Source: Oligoflexia bacterium (GTDB taxonomy: Bacteria; Bdellovibrionota; UBA1018). Taken from it: a stretch of 64,000 nt of DNA. The notes beneath the pieces were generated by a model. That model searched no databases. It saw only the letters and a program-made list of their open reading frames with translations, and had not been told where the DNA came from. The stretch lies in assembly GCA_023701205.1 (NCBI GenBank), contig JAMPXJ010000006.1, positions 86,404-150,403 on the forward strand. The letters run 5' to 3'. Below, piece by piece: positions 9,794 to 20,056 of the stretch (position 1 is its first letter; each line of letters begins with the position of its first letter). Position numbers and translations under genes: made by a program.

Positions 9794-10732
9794 TTACTGC
9801 AGGGGCGGCGCTTCGGCGGGCGGTGTTTCGATGGGCGGAGCTTCGACAGGAGGCGTTTCAACGGGTGGCGCTTCCGCGGGCGGGAGGTCGGGCGTCGGCA
9901 GATCGGCGGGCGGCGCCTCGGGCTGCAGCGGGGGCTCGGGTAGCGGAGCCGTTTCACCCGCCGGCGCTTCCGCCGGAGGTGGCGCGACGGGCTCCTGAGG
10001 CGCTTCGGGCTGCGGCTGCTGCTCCGGCTCGGCCGGCTGTTCCTCGGTCGGCTGCTGCGTCGCTTCGGCGGCGCGCCGGGCGTCTTCAGCCGCGCGCTTC
10101 TGCCGGTAGACCATTTTCCAGGGTTTTTCCGGCTGCTCCAGGTAGAAAGGCATGCTGAGGCCCAGACTGACCTGGTTGTAATCGGCGGATTGCAGCAGGG
10201 GGAGGCTTTTTGGACGGGTGCCGGAGACATTCCCGAAAAGCATCCGATCATAGAAGAGATTGATCAGGAGTTTTTCCGAGAGGAAATAGCCCATTCCCAA
10301 GCGGAAAGCGAACTTGCCTCCCATGCTCATCGCGGCGTCCGTATAGCCGGACGCCAGTTGCAGGGTTCCGGTCAGTCGGAGCGGGATATACTTGAGGTTT
10401 CCGCCGATCGAGGCGCCGGCGGTAAAGATCATCCCGGACTGCTCAGGGGAGATTTCCGCCAGAAGCACCCCAGGCTCGATCGCAAAGAAAATATCCTGTC
10501 TTTCGATGCCCAATCTCACCGAGCCGCCGAAGCCGAACGTGAGGCCCGAGCCTGATGCTTCATCGAGCACCGAGGAGACGCCGAGCCCGCCGCTTACGAT
10601 CGGCTCGATGAGCATCGCAGCTCGCGCGGGCTGAGGCGCCAGCGGCAGGATCGAAAGGATGGCGAGAAGAGAAAGCTGTGAACGGATGCGCGAGGCGCGC
10701 GGCGCGGGATTTTTTCTGATCAGCTTTATCAT
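9794..10732 (-). CDS. Outer-membrane beta-barrel protein with Pro/Glu-rich C-terminal tail
   Basis: Signal peptide, amphipathic strands, then PPxEx-type 5-residue repeats. Confidence 0.65.
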   Translation of the reverse strand: MIKLIRKNPAPRASRIRSQLSLLAILSILPLAPQPARAAMLIEPIVSGGLGVSSVLDEASGSGLTFGFGGSVRLGIERQDIFFAIEPGVLLAEISPEQSGMIFTAGASIGGNLKYIPLRLTGTLQLASGYTDAAMSMGGKFAFRLGMGYFLSEKLLINLFYDRMLFGNVSGTRPKSLPLLQSADYNQVSLGLSMPFYLEQPEKPWKMVYRQKRAAEDARRAAEATQQPTEEQPAEPEQQPQPEAPQEPVAPPPAEAPAGETAPLPEPPLQPEAPPADLPTPDLPPAEAPPVETPPVEAPPIETPPAEAPPLQ

Positions 10733-10885
10733 GAATTGTCTTCAGGATCGGTGGGCTCCCTTCTTTTGTCAAGAAGAGCGGCCCGGCGGAACGTCGAAAT
10801 CTTGACGGCGCGTTCGCGGGGTCTCGCGAACCGGACCAAAAAACTTGCTGGAATTCAGGGGAAAGAGTTAGACTTTTTTAAAGTC

Positions 10886-11716
10886 ATGAAAAGCCATGGA
10901 AATCTTTTGGAGAAGCCTACGGGAACGATCAATCCGACGGGAGTCGCGGCGGCAGCTCCGGAGCGCGCCGGACTCAGGGCCTGGTTTCTGAAGCTGCTGC
11001 TGATCCTGGTGGCGATGCTCTGGCTCACCCTGATCGGGGCGAGCTGGATGCAGGGCGCGGAGGCCGCGCAGGCCGGCGGCGGCGAGTCGCCGGCAGACGA
11101 GTACAGCTTCAAGTGGCTGGACCCCGAGAAGAAGATCTACGTTCTGCAGAACCGGAGATATCTCAAGGCCAATCGGCTGCTTTTGAGCGCGATGGCGGGG
11201 CCGGGGCTTTCGAATCCCTATCGTACGACCTTGAGCCTGGAGCCGCGCGCGGCTTTCTACTTCCGCGAGGATCTGGGCCTGGAGGTCTTCTATCGCCGCG
11301 GCTTCAACACCTCGAACAACGCTTTCAAGGCGCTGGTGGCGACGAATTCCGCGGTTTACCCGGTGATCCGCGAGATCCGCTCCGAGTACGGGGCATTGAT
11401 GCATTGGGTGCCCTGGTACGCGAAGATCAACGTCTTCAACAAGATCCTCTATTTCGACTGGTATCTTTCGGGCGGCGCCGGCCAGCTGCAGACCTGGGTC
11501 AACCGGGATGCGCGCTTCCCGGAAGGCGAGTTCCTGCAGCAGGATCTTTTCGGTCTCTTCCTGGGAACCGGTCATCAGTACCATCTTTCCCGCGGGCTGA
11601 CTGTGCGGCTGGATATCACGGGGGCCTTCTATCAGGCGCCGACTTTCGGGAGCACGGGGGATCAGGTGTGGTTCTCGGACTACAACTTCGGCTTCGGCCT
11701 GGGATTGCGGATCTGA
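10886..11716 (+). CDS. Outer-membrane beta-barrel protein, GltA/GltB/GltH-like
   Basis: IYVLQNRRYLKANR, WVPWYAKINVFNKILYFDWY and aromatic terminal strand; first gene of glt-like operon; start uncertain. Confidence 0.75.
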   Translation: MKSHGNLLEKPTGTINPTGVAAAAPERAGLRAWFLKLLLILVAMLWLTLIGASWMQGAEAAQAGGGESPADEYSFKWLDPEKKIYVLQNRRYLKANRLLLSAMAGPGLSNPYRTTLSLEPRAAFYFREDLGLEVFYRRGFNTSNNAFKALVATNSAVYPVIREIRSEYGALMHWVPWYAKINVFNKILYFDWYLSGGAGQLQTWVNRDARFPEGEFLQQDLFGLFLGTGHQYHLSRGLTVRLDITGAFYQAPTFGSTGDQVWFSDYNFGFGLGLRI

Positions 11717-13236
11717 TGCGCGCAGCGGCTCTGCTCATCGCGGCGACGGTTCTCTCGGGGGGCGTCGCGGGCGCCGAGGAGCTTTCGGGCGCGGCCGCGA
11801 TCCGGGATGCCCAGGCGCTTTACCGCTCGGGGCAGTATTTCAAGGCGGCGCGCTACGCTTTCAGCGCGAAGGAGGCGGATCCGGGCCTCGCGGCGGAATC
11901 GTATTCCTGGGTCGCGCGCGGGCTGATTCGCGCGCGCCTCTATCACTCGGCTTCCTATTTTTTCATCAAGACGCTTCAGCAGAAGGACAAGGCCGCCATC
12001 CGTCGCGTGCTCGTCGACACGCAGGAGCTCATGGTCCGGGTGGGGCCCGATCTGCTCCGGCGCTATCTCCTCCAGCACACGCAGCTCGAGGATTACGATG
12101 CGCTCAACCGAAGCGCCTATCTCTACGCGCTCGGCAAGGACGCGCTCCTCGGCGGCAAGGAGGAGAAGGCGGTCGGGTACCTGAGCGCCATGAGCCCCAA
12201 GAGCCCGCTCTGGCCTTATGCGCTGCAGCTCCGCGGCTCGGCCCAGGCGATCCTGGGACGGGGAGACGCGGCGCTCGGGGATTTCCGCGGCTGCGCGGCG
12301 CTTTCGGATTCGTCGCCGGAGCTCGAGGATCTCGAGGCGCGCTGCAGGGCGGGCGAGGCGCGCACCCTGTATCAGCTGAATCGCTTCGAGGAGGCCGATC
12401 TGACCTATGACCAGATTCCGAAGACGAGCCTGGTCTGGCCCGACATCCTTTTCGAGCAGGCGTGGAACGCCTTCGCGCGCAACGAGTTCAACCGCTCTCT
12501 GGGCAAGCTGGTTTCCTACAAGAGTCCCGCGCTGAGCTTCGTCTTCAATCCCGAGATCGAGGTCCTGCGCGCGCAGTCGTTCCTGGCGCTTTGCCTTTAT
12601 GCCGAGGCCAACGACGCGATCAACGATTTCAACGGGAGATACGCGGGCGTGGGGGAGAAGGTGAAACGCCTGGTCGAGGAGAATTCCTCGAACGTGGGCG
12701 CGTTCCATGCGCTCGGCAGGCAGGCGCTTCGCGCCTCGATCACTTCGAAGGACGGCGTGCAGCAGCTGCTCAACCGCTTCGTGCGCGGGCCCTACTTCCA
12801 GACGCTGGTCAAGGCCGAGGAGGCCGCGGCCGCGGAGCTGGCGGTGATCCGTCGCTTCGATGCCGCGCAGCCGGGAGTGACTCACGATCCGAGCAAGGGG
12901 TTCCCGGGCTTCCTCGCGCAGGTCCTGGCCTGGCGCGCGCACTCGGCGCGGATGCTGGGCGGCGTTTTCGTGAAGAACAGCCTCATGGATCACCACGCCG
13001 AGCTGCTCGCGAATTTCGACAAGATGTCCTTCATCAAGCTGGAGATGCTCAAGAGGGCCAAGGAGCAGATCCTGTTGAAGAGCCGCGCCCGGGCCGACCG
13101 CGGCTGGGGGAATATCGAGCCTTCGCGGCAGGATTACCAGTATTACTGGGGCTTCAACGGGGAGTTCTGGAACGACGAGCTCGGTGACTACGTCTTCGGG
13201 CTCGAGTCAGAGTGCGGAGGCCGGAATGGGGCGTGA
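11716..13236 (+). CDS. gltC: GltC-like TPR protein
   Basis: Start at TGATG overlap 11716, signal peptide, TPRs, C-terminal YYWGFNGEFWNDELGDYVFGLESEC typical of GltC family. Confidence 0.75.
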   Translation: MRAAALLIAATVLSGGVAGAEELSGAAAIRDAQALYRSGQYFKAARYAFSAKEADPGLAAESYSWVARGLIRARLYHSASYFFIKTLQQKDKAAIRRVLVDTQELMVRVGPDLLRRYLLQHTQLEDYDALNRSAYLYALGKDALLGGKEEKAVGYLSAMSPKSPLWPYALQLRGSAQAILGRGDAALGDFRGCAALSDSSPELEDLEARCRAGEARTLYQLNRFEEADLTYDQIPKTSLVWPDILFEQAWNAFARNEFNRSLGKLVSYKSPALSFVFNPEIEVLRAQSFLALCLYAEANDAINDFNGRYAGVGEKVKRLVEENSSNVGAFHALGRQALRASITSKDGVQQLLNRFVRGPYFQTLVKAEEAAAAELAVIRRFDAAQPGVTHDPSKGFPGFLAQVLAWRAHSARMLGGVFVKNSLMDHHAELLANFDKMSFIKLEMLKRAKEQILLKSRARADRGWGNIEPSRQDYQYYWGFNGEFWNDELGDYVFGLESECGGRNGA

Positions 13237-16200
13237 GTACGCGATCCTGCCCGCGTTGCTGGCGTTGAGTCTCGCGGCCGGGGTGCCGACGGCGTCGACG
13301 CCCGCGTGGGCTGCGACGAGCGCCTACTCCGAAGCGGAGATCCGCTCGATCGAGACCCCGGACGAGGTCCGGGTGCGCGAGCTGCGCAATCAGGAAATCA
13401 CCCAGCTCAGGATCGCGCTGGGCCGGCGCCTGCCCAACAATCGCCGGGCCGATCTCTATTTCCGTCTCGCGGAGATCTACCTCGAAGCCTACCGCATGGA
13501 ATACCTGCTCGAGGGGCGGGCTCACGAGAAGCGCGTCGAGAGCGGTCGGCAGGAGAAGGGGATCGATCATTCCCGCTCGAGGCCTTATCTGAAGAGCGGC
13601 ATCGCCGCCAGCCGGGAGATCCTGCGCTTCGGGATTCCCTACCCGAAGCTGGATCAGGTGTATTTCTTCCTCGGCTTCAATCACGGGGAGCTCGGGGAGG
13701 AGAAAGAAAGCCTCCGCTATTTCGAGCAGCTCGTGCGCAAGTTCCCCGGTAGCGTTTTCGCGGCGGAAGCTTATCAGCAGATGGGCGACGCCGCGTTCGA
13801 CGCGGGCCAGTTCCGCAAGGCGCAGGGGCATTATGAGGCCGCCACCGAGCTCGCCGCGCGCAAGGGCGCGGGCGACGGGGCGGTGCTGCCCCGGGTGCTG
13901 CACAAGCTGGCCTGGTGCTATTACCGGATCCGGCAGCATGACCGCGCCGTGGAAACCATGAAGCGCGCGATCGCGGCCGCGCGCCGGAGCGACGAGAAGT
14001 TCCTCTCGCTGCGCGAGGAGGCGCTCCGAGACATGGCCGTCTTCATGACGGAGTCCGGAAAAGTGGATGAGGCGGTCGCGTATTTCCAGGAGGCCGCCGG
14101 CGACAAGAGCTTCTATCCGAGGCTGCTCGAGAAGCTGGGCCGGCAGTACGAGCGCGGAGTGGAGCCGGCGAAAGCCACGCAGGTCTACGAGTCGCTGCTG
14201 AAGACGCATCCGGGAAGCGACGCCGCCTTCCGGGTGCTGGTGAAGCTGGTGGACCTCGATTTGCGACGCGGGCGCCATCGCGAAGCCCTGGCCCGCCTGC
14301 GGGACCTTCGCCTGAAGTCCGGGGATGACGAGACACAGGTGGCCTCGCAGAACCTCCGCGCGATGGTGCGGCGGACCGCGACGGAGCATCACGAGAAGTT
14401 CCGTAAGGCCGCGGGCGAGACCGGCGGCTCCGCCCGTTCGAAGGCGTTGCCCGCCCTCGAGATCGCCGAGGCCTTTTACGAGGTCTATCTCGCGACCTTC
14501 CTCGCCCAGGATGATCCCCGCAAGGAGACGCCGGAGATCCAGATGTATCTGGCCGAGGTGAAACGGGATCTCGGCAAGTCCAAGGAAGCGTCGGCGCTGT
14601 ACCGCAAGGTCGTGGATTCGCGTGATTCGCGCTATGCGAAGGAGGCTGGCGCCCTTTGGACGGCGAGTCTCGCCGAGGCGATCCGCAAGGAAATCTCCCA
14701 GGGACAGGCCCAGGGCAAGTCGCAGGAACCCTCGGAGCTGGAACGCGAGTTCATCTCGGCCGCGGACGCGCTCCGGGACGCGATCGGGGACACCGCCGAG
14801 GGACGCGAGGCCGCGCTCAAGGCCGCCGAAGTGCTGGCCGGTTACAAGGGCACCCAGAAGGACGCGATCAAGCGCGTGGAGAAGATCATCGATCGCTGGC
14901 CCCGTTCCGCGCAGGCCGTGACGGCCGCCCGGCTGTGGCTGCAGCTGCTTTCGGATCGCGGCGCGGGCGCTCTCGACGAGCTGAGCGACGCGCTCAAGGA
15001 GCTGCGCGGGAACGGCGTGCTCCTCGCCGCCGATCAGGAGCACGGAAAAGGAAAGCTTCACGCGCAGCTCGCCGAGCTGGAGTCCCGCGTCCGAATCGCG
15101 ACGATTGCGTCGCATGAGAAGGAAATGGACTTCGCCGCCGCCGCGAAGGGGTACGAGGAGTTCGCCCGCGACGCGGCCCAGCGGGAGCTCGCGGAGAAGG
15201 CCTATGCCAACGCGATCGGCAGTCATCTGAAGGCCGGCGACGATGAGGCCGTCGAGCGCGTCGGCCAGGCCTGGCTCAAGCGTTTCCCGAAAAGCCCGAA
15301 GGCCGCGGAGTCCTTGCGGGCAGCGGCGACCCAGCAGCTGGTCGCGGGTCGCTTCGACAAGGCAGCGAGGCTTTTCGAGCGCCTCGGCACCGAGGGCGGT
15401 GAGGCGGATTCGCTGGAAACCTCCGCCCGCATCCATGAGGGGCTCGGCAATGCCGGGGCGCTGACGAGCGCACTCAAGGCCTACCTCGGGACCTATCAGA
15501 CTCCGCAGCGGCCGCAGCTCGCGCTGCAGCTCGCGCGGGCGCTCGAGGCCGCGGGTCAGGACAGCGAGGCTTCCCGTTACTATCGCTTGTGCATGAGCGG
15601 CAGCGGGGAGCTCGAAACCGAATGCGGCGCGCGGCTGGCCGATCTGCATCTGCGCTCCAAGAGCGTGGCCGAAGCCAAGGCGCTCTATCGCAAGGTCGGC
15701 AAGGGCGGGGATTCCCCGTGGGTCGGTTATGCGCGCTACATGCTGGCGTCGATTACGGAGCAGGAGGCGGCTTTTCAGCCGTTGTCGCTTCCGGAAGCCC
15801 GGCTGAAGAAAGCCATGAGCCAACGCCTGGCGTTCGTCGAGACGCTGAGCCGCGCATACAATTCCGCGGTCGAGGCGGGTGGGCCCTGGGCCATCGCCGC
15901 ACTGGACCGGCTGGCGGACTGGGTACTCAGGTTCGCTGACGAGGTGGATGCGATCGCGACGCCCCCGCAGGCCAGCCCCGCGGCGGTCGCGCAGTTCCGA
16001 AAAAGCCTGGCGAGCGTGAGCTTGCCGCTGCGGCGCAAGGCGCTTCAGACCTGGCAGCAGGCCTATGCGAAGTCGGCCGCGGCGGAGGCGCTCAGTCCGG
16101 CGCTCCCGGGCATCGCGGACCGGCTGGCCGACTTCAAGGTGGGAGGCATCGGCAAGGCTCAGGGATTCAGAGGCCGGTTCCGGCTCGCGGGCATTCCCGC

Positions 16201-16864
16201 GAACGGCGGCTCCGAGGGAGGCGCGGCCTTGGAGAAGACGCGCGAAAGGCTTGCGAAGAACCTGCAGGACGCCGGCGCCTGGGTCGATTACGGCAATCTG
16301 CTTTGGGGCCAAGGCAAGCCGTTGCTCTCGAAGCTGGCTTATGATCGCGCACTGGCGCTCAACGCGCGCAATCCCGCGGCACTGAACAACCGCGCCGTCG
16401 TGGAGCTGAGTCTCGCGGACGCCGAGGATGACTGGAGCCTGGCGGCGGGAGCTTACGAGCGTTTCAAGAGCGCGCTCCGGCAGGACGAGTTCTTCCTTCC
16501 GGCGAAGTTCAACCGGGCGGCCCTGCTGAACTATTACCGGATCTTCGCGAAGGCCAAACCGCTCTGGGAGCAGGTGCTCGCCAAGGGCGCCAATGCCGAC
16601 GCGCAGGAGGGTCTCGGGATCGCGCTGCAGGGGCTGGGCAAGTCCGAGGCCGCCGCGGAGGGCTTCCGCAAGGCGGCCGCATCCGGAGGCTCCGCCTCGC
16701 GTTTCGTGTTCGCCTATCACGAGGCCGCGCGGGAGCCGGAGAGCTGCCAGGCGCGGCTCGAAGAGCTCGATGCGGGCTCGCTTTCCGGCTTCGAGAAGGC
16801 CGCGGTCGAGCGCCTCAGGAAAACGTGTTCCATGCGACAACCAACCTCGGGGAAATCAAGATGA
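13226..16864 (+). CDS. Large secreted TPR protein, GltD (AgmU)-like with GltE-like C-terminal TPR region
   Basis: ~1210 aa, signal peptide, ADLYFRLAEIY and many TPRs; position between gltC-like and gltF-like genes. Confidence 0.75.
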   Translation: MGREYAILPALLALSLAAGVPTASTPAWAATSAYSEAEIRSIETPDEVRVRELRNQEITQLRIALGRRLPNNRRADLYFRLAEIYLEAYRMEYLLEGRAHEKRVESGRQEKGIDHSRSRPYLKSGIAASREILRFGIPYPKLDQVYFFLGFNHGELGEEKESLRYFEQLVRKFPGSVFAAEAYQQMGDAAFDAGQFRKAQGHYEAATELAARKGAGDGAVLPRVLHKLAWCYYRIRQHDRAVETMKRAIAAARRSDEKFLSLREEALRDMAVFMTESGKVDEAVAYFQEAAGDKSFYPRLLEKLGRQYERGVEPAKATQVYESLLKTHPGSDAAFRVLVKLVDLDLRRGRHREALARLRDLRLKSGDDETQVASQNLRAMVRRTATEHHEKFRKAAGETGGSARSKALPALEIAEAFYEVYLATFLAQDDPRKETPEIQMYLAEVKRDLGKSKEASALYRKVVDSRDSRYAKEAGALWTASLAEAIRKEISQGQAQGKSQEPSELEREFISAADALRDAIGDTAEGREAALKAAEVLAGYKGTQKDAIKRVEKIIDRWPRSAQAVTAARLWLQLLSDRGAGALDELSDALKELRGNGVLLAADQEHGKGKLHAQLAELESRVRIATIASHEKEMDFAAAAKGYEEFARDAAQRELAEKAYANAIGSHLKAGDDEAVERVGQAWLKRFPKSPKAAESLRAAATQQLVAGRFDKAARLFERLGTEGGEADSLETSARIHEGLGNAGALTSALKAYLGTYQTPQRPQLALQLARALEAAGQDSEASRYYRLCMSGSGELETECGARLADLHLRSKSVAEAKALYRKVGKGGDSPWVGYARYMLASITEQEAAFQPLSLPEARLKKAMSQRLAFVETLSRAYNSAVEAGGPWAIAALDRLADWVLRFADEVDAIATPPQASPAAVAQFRKSLASVSLPLRRKALQTWQQAYAKSAAAEALSPALPGIADRLADFKVGGIGKAQGFRGRFRLAGIPANGGSEGGAALEKTRERLAKNLQDAGAWVDYGNLLWGQGKPLLSKLAYDRALALNARNPAALNNRAVVELSLADAEDDWSLAAGAYERFKSALRQDEFFLPAKFNRAALLNYYRIFAKAKPLWEQVLAKGANADAQEGLGIALQGLGKSEAAAEGFRKAAASGGSASRFVFAYHEAAREPESCQARLEELDAGSLSGFEKAAVERLRKTCSMRQPTSGKSR

Positions 16865-17172
16865 CTTCCGCTTTTCGCGTGCTGTTTTTCATACTGACTC
16901 TCGCGGCGATCGGGGGCGTCTCCTTCGCCGCGGGCCTCGCCTGGGCGATCTCGGCGGAAGCCGCGGAACGGGACGGCGGCAAGGGCCGTTCCAAGGTCGT
17001 CTATCCCGAGAAGACGGAGCTGGATTTCGAGGGGCTGGCGATCGAAGGCGAGATCCGCAATCCGGGGGAATTCTACTTCCAGCACCGCACCGAGGAGAAG
17101 TTCGACTCGCTCGTGAAGCGGCGGCGCGACTTCCACCGCGAGATGCTGCGCGACGCGGTACTGGGAAAATAA
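16861..17172 (+). CDS. gltF: GltF/CglF-like small periplasmic protein
   Basis: Signal peptide then KTELDFEGLAIEGEIRNP...FDSLVKRRRDF. Confidence 0.7.
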   Translation: MTSAFRVLFFILTLAAIGGVSFAAGLAWAISAEAAERDGGKGRSKVVYPEKTELDFEGLAIEGEIRNPGEFYFQHRTEEKFDSLVKRRRDFHREMLRDAVLGK

Positions 17173-17184
17173 CGGAGAAGCACC

Positions 17185-19269
17185 ATGGATCACGGCGAGC
17201 AGGGCCCAAACGACGAGACCGTCACCGAAACATCCCGCAACGCGCCCCTGGCGCGCAAGGCGGCGCTCTTCTCCCTCGAGGTTCCCGCGGGCGGCGCTCC
17301 GCTCGAGGCGGATCAACAGCGCGTCTTCCGCCTGGGCAAGGAGCGCATCGTCGTAGGCTCGGTCGTTTCGGCTGACGTCCGGCTCCTGGGCAAGGGCGTG
17401 GCCCCGCTTCACGCGGTGGTCGAGATCACGGGCGCGCTTTCGGGCGAGCCCGAGGCCACCGTATACGATCTGGCGAGCGATTCCGGCGTTTTCGTCAACG
17501 GTCGGAAGATCGTGACCGGCGCCCTGAAGCCGGGCGATCTGCTGCGGGTGGGGCCGCACGAGCTTCGCTTCTCGATCAGCGACGCCGAGAAGGTGGTGCC
17601 GCGCGAGCGGGTGCGCGAGGCCGAAGGCCGCAAGCTCTATCTCAATCCCGATGAGGACCTGGCGCCGCTTCTGCTTCAGAGCGACGGCGAGGTGGATAAG
17701 ATCTTCGACTTCAGCCCGTGTCGCAAACGGGCGCTCGCGGTCGTGATGTCCTGGCACGGGACGATCATCGACGTGGAGCATTTCGTGAAGGAGAAATCCG
17801 TCACCGTCGGCGCCAACCGCAGGAGCGATTTCGCCATTCCGCCGCTGCTCTCGTCGAGCCGCTACGCGATCGTCACGCGGAGCGGGGAGGACTTCGTCCT
17901 GAATCTCGATCCGCAGATGAAAGGCGTGATCCAGCGCAAAGGCAAGCTCGAGACGTTCGAGGGGATCCGCGAAGGCGCATCGGTCGCCGGGCCGCAGAGC
18001 TATGGCATCCCGATCGGCAACGAGGATTTCGCCAAGGTTTCCATCGGCGACGTCGACTTCTACCTGAGCTACACCGACGCGCCCCCGCGCGTGAAGGCGG
18101 GCCGGCTGCTCGATCGCGATCCCTTCTTCCTGCGGGTCTTCGCGACTTCCCTGCTTTTCACCGCGGTCACGATCGGGGCCATGCTCAACGCCAACGTCCC
18201 GCAGAACCTCGAGGCCGAGCAGATCCCCGAGCGGATCGCGACGATCCTCTATCAGCCGGAGAAATACAGCGCACGCCCGAAGCGTGCGCCTGAGCCCTCG
18301 AGGCCCGAGCCCGTGAGAGCCGAGACCGCGAGGCCGCAGCCCAAGCCCACGCAGGTGGCGAAGCTCGACCTTCAGCCGAATCCGGCGAACGCCAAGAAGC
18401 CCGTGCCCAAGGAAATGAACGTGGGCGCGAAGCCCGAGGTCGCGAAGAATCCGGGCGGCTCCAAGAAGAAAAGCCCGGGCCAACGCGAGGCCAAGGAAGG
18501 ACGCGGCGCGCGCGCCAAGGGTACCGAAGGCAAGAGAGGCAGTCCCAAGGCCGCTCCTGGCGACAAGCCTCAGGACAGGGCGATGCGCGCATCGGCGCAG
18601 GGAGGTCCGGGGCGCGGCGGGGGCGCAAGCCAGGTCGAGAGCATCGGCAACGTGGACTTCCTGAGCTCCGCGGGCGCGAAGATTTCAGACATCCTCGGCA
18701 ACAGCGCCGAGAAGCTCGGCAAGGGCGGTGAGCGACTCAAGGGCTTCGGCGGTTTCACCACGCAAGGGGGCGGGGGGCTCGCGCTCTCCGGTGACGGCAA
18801 GGGCGGCGGCGGGACGGCCGATTCCCTGGGCGGCCTCGCCACGAGCGGTACCGGCGGCGGGCGAGTGGGCACCGGCAAGGGCGCCGCGGGCTTGGGCAGC
18901 GGCATGATCGGAGGCAAGGCGCGCGTGGCGATCCGCACGGGCGGTCCCGAGGAGGCTGTCGTCATGGGCTCCATCGACGCCAGCGCGGTCGAAGCCGCGC
19001 TGCTCGCGCACCGGGACGAGTTCCGGCTCTGCTACGAAAAGGAAATCAACGCCGAGACGCCTGATCTTGCGGGCCGCGTGAGCACGAGCTTCGTGATCGG
19101 CTCCACGGGCCGAGTGACCCAGGCGGGCATCGAGTCGACGACCCTGAAGCACGCCAATACCGAGCGCTGCGTGCTGAACGTGATCCGGCGGATCGACTTC
19201 CCGATCCCGCGCGGGGCGGGCATCGTGCAGGTTACCTATCCGTTCAAGTTCAATCCGACGCGGCGCTAG
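17185..19269 (+). CDS. gltG: GltG-like FHA / TM / TonB-C (AgmX-PglI C-terminal) protein
   Basis: N-terminal FHA (DLASDSGVFVNG), single TM, Pro/Gly-rich linker, FRLCYE...FVIGSTGRV...CV...IDFPIPRG..VQVTYPFKF. Confidence 0.8.
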   Translation: MDHGEQGPNDETVTETSRNAPLARKAALFSLEVPAGGAPLEADQQRVFRLGKERIVVGSVVSADVRLLGKGVAPLHAVVEITGALSGEPEATVYDLASDSGVFVNGRKIVTGALKPGDLLRVGPHELRFSISDAEKVVPRERVREAEGRKLYLNPDEDLAPLLLQSDGEVDKIFDFSPCRKRALAVVMSWHGTIIDVEHFVKEKSVTVGANRRSDFAIPPLLSSSRYAIVTRSGEDFVLNLDPQMKGVIQRKGKLETFEGIREGASVAGPQSYGIPIGNEDFAKVSIGDVDFYLSYTDAPPRVKAGRLLDRDPFFLRVFATSLLFTAVTIGAMLNANVPQNLEAEQIPERIATILYQPEKYSARPKRAPEPSRPEPVRAETARPQPKPTQVAKLDLQPNPANAKKPVPKEMNVGAKPEVAKNPGGSKKKSPGQREAKEGRGARAKGTEGKRGSPKAAPGDKPQDRAMRASAQGGPGRGGGASQVESIGNVDFLSSAGAKISDILGNSAEKLGKGGERLKGFGGFTTQGGGGLALSGDGKGGGGTADSLGGLATSGTGGGRVGTGKGAAGLGSGMIGGKARVAIRTGGPEEAVVMGSIDASAVEAALLAHRDEFRLCYEKEINAETPDLAGRVSTSFVIGSTGRVTQAGIESTTLKHANTERCVLNVIRRIDFPIPRGAGIVQVTYPFKFNPTRR

Positions 19270-19279
19270 TACTGCGTCC

Positions 19280-19403
19280 GCGAGGAGACTATCCTAACTC
19301 AGCTCAGGCTCGCGGGGGACATCCTGTCCACAACAAACCCTCGCCTGGACCCTCCTGGTCCAGCTCGGCTTATCAGCTGAGCTGAGTAGGATAGTCTCCT
19401 CGC
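19280..19403. repeat. MITE/REP-like inverted-repeat element
   Basis: Arms 19280-19307 and 19377-19403 are reverse complements apart from one extra A; internal hairpins GGACATCCTGTCC and CTGGACCCTCCTGGTCCAG; flanked by TCC on both sides. Confidence 0.7.
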
Positions 19404-19483
19404 TCCATTCCTCGTCTAGGCCCGGCATAGCGGGCCTAAGGTACTGGCTCGCTTTGCGAGCCTCGCACGGAGCGAGGAGGCGA

Positions 19484-20056
19484 CTACTCCTTCTTAAGCG
19501 CGAGGAACCGGAAGACCTTGTAGCCGGCGGCGGCCGAGGTGTACATCACGCGCCGAACCGTCTCGTACTGCACGCGTTTGTCGGCCTGGATGGCCAGGAC
19601 GCCCTCGAACGGCAGGGGGTTGCCCTTCTCGTCGCGGGTCTTGGACTTCGCGCGCAGCAGCTCGGCCTTGTCCCGCGCCTTCGTCAAGGCGTCATAGAGC
19701 GGCACGATCCGGCGTCCGCCCTCGTCGAGGTCCGTTTTCCTGAATTCGTAGCTCGGTCCCGAGCCATCGAGGCTCGCCGCCGTCTGCACGAACTCGAGGA
19801 TGCGCTCGTTCTCGAAAGTGACCGCCTCGGGCGTGATGATGACCTGCAGGCTCTCCGGGGGCATTTCCTCCGAACGCGAGATCGGAAGCTGCATGCCCGG
19901 GACGGTGGTAAAGGTATTGATCGTCGTCGAGTAGCTCTTCAGGAGGAAAACGACGATGATCACCAGCACGTCCATCATGCTCGTGAGCTGGAGCTCGAAG
20001 ACCTGATTGATCTTGCGCCGGCCCCGGCGCGAGCGGATCGAGCGGTGGAAGGCCAT
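19484..20056 (-). CDS. ExbD/TolR family motor subunit (AglS-like)
   Basis: ELQLTSMMDVLVIIVVFLL TM with conserved Asp; IQADKRVQY..V..VM. Confidence 0.85.
   Translation of the reverse strand: MAFHRSIRSRRGRRKINQVFELQLTSMMDVLVIIVVFLLKSYSTTINTFTTVPGMQLPISRSEEMPPESLQVIITPEAVTFENERILEFVQTAASLDGSGPSYEFRKTDLDEGGRRIVPLYDALTKARDKAELLRAKSKTRDEKGNPLPFEGVLAIQADKRVQYETVRRVMYTSAAAGYKVFRFLALKKE

Noticed and set aside
11113..11715. N-terminal 200 aa of the 707-aa ORF
   Set aside because: Overlaps the barrel gene out of frame; the better start is the TGATG-coupled ATG at 11716 followed by a signal peptide
13154..16840. Long antisense ORFs (also 4317-6299, 6557-8755, 16717-18483, 34402-35931, 58618-60018, 61819-63243)
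   Set aside because: Shadow frames opposite well-supported genes in high-GC DNA, with no recognisable motifs
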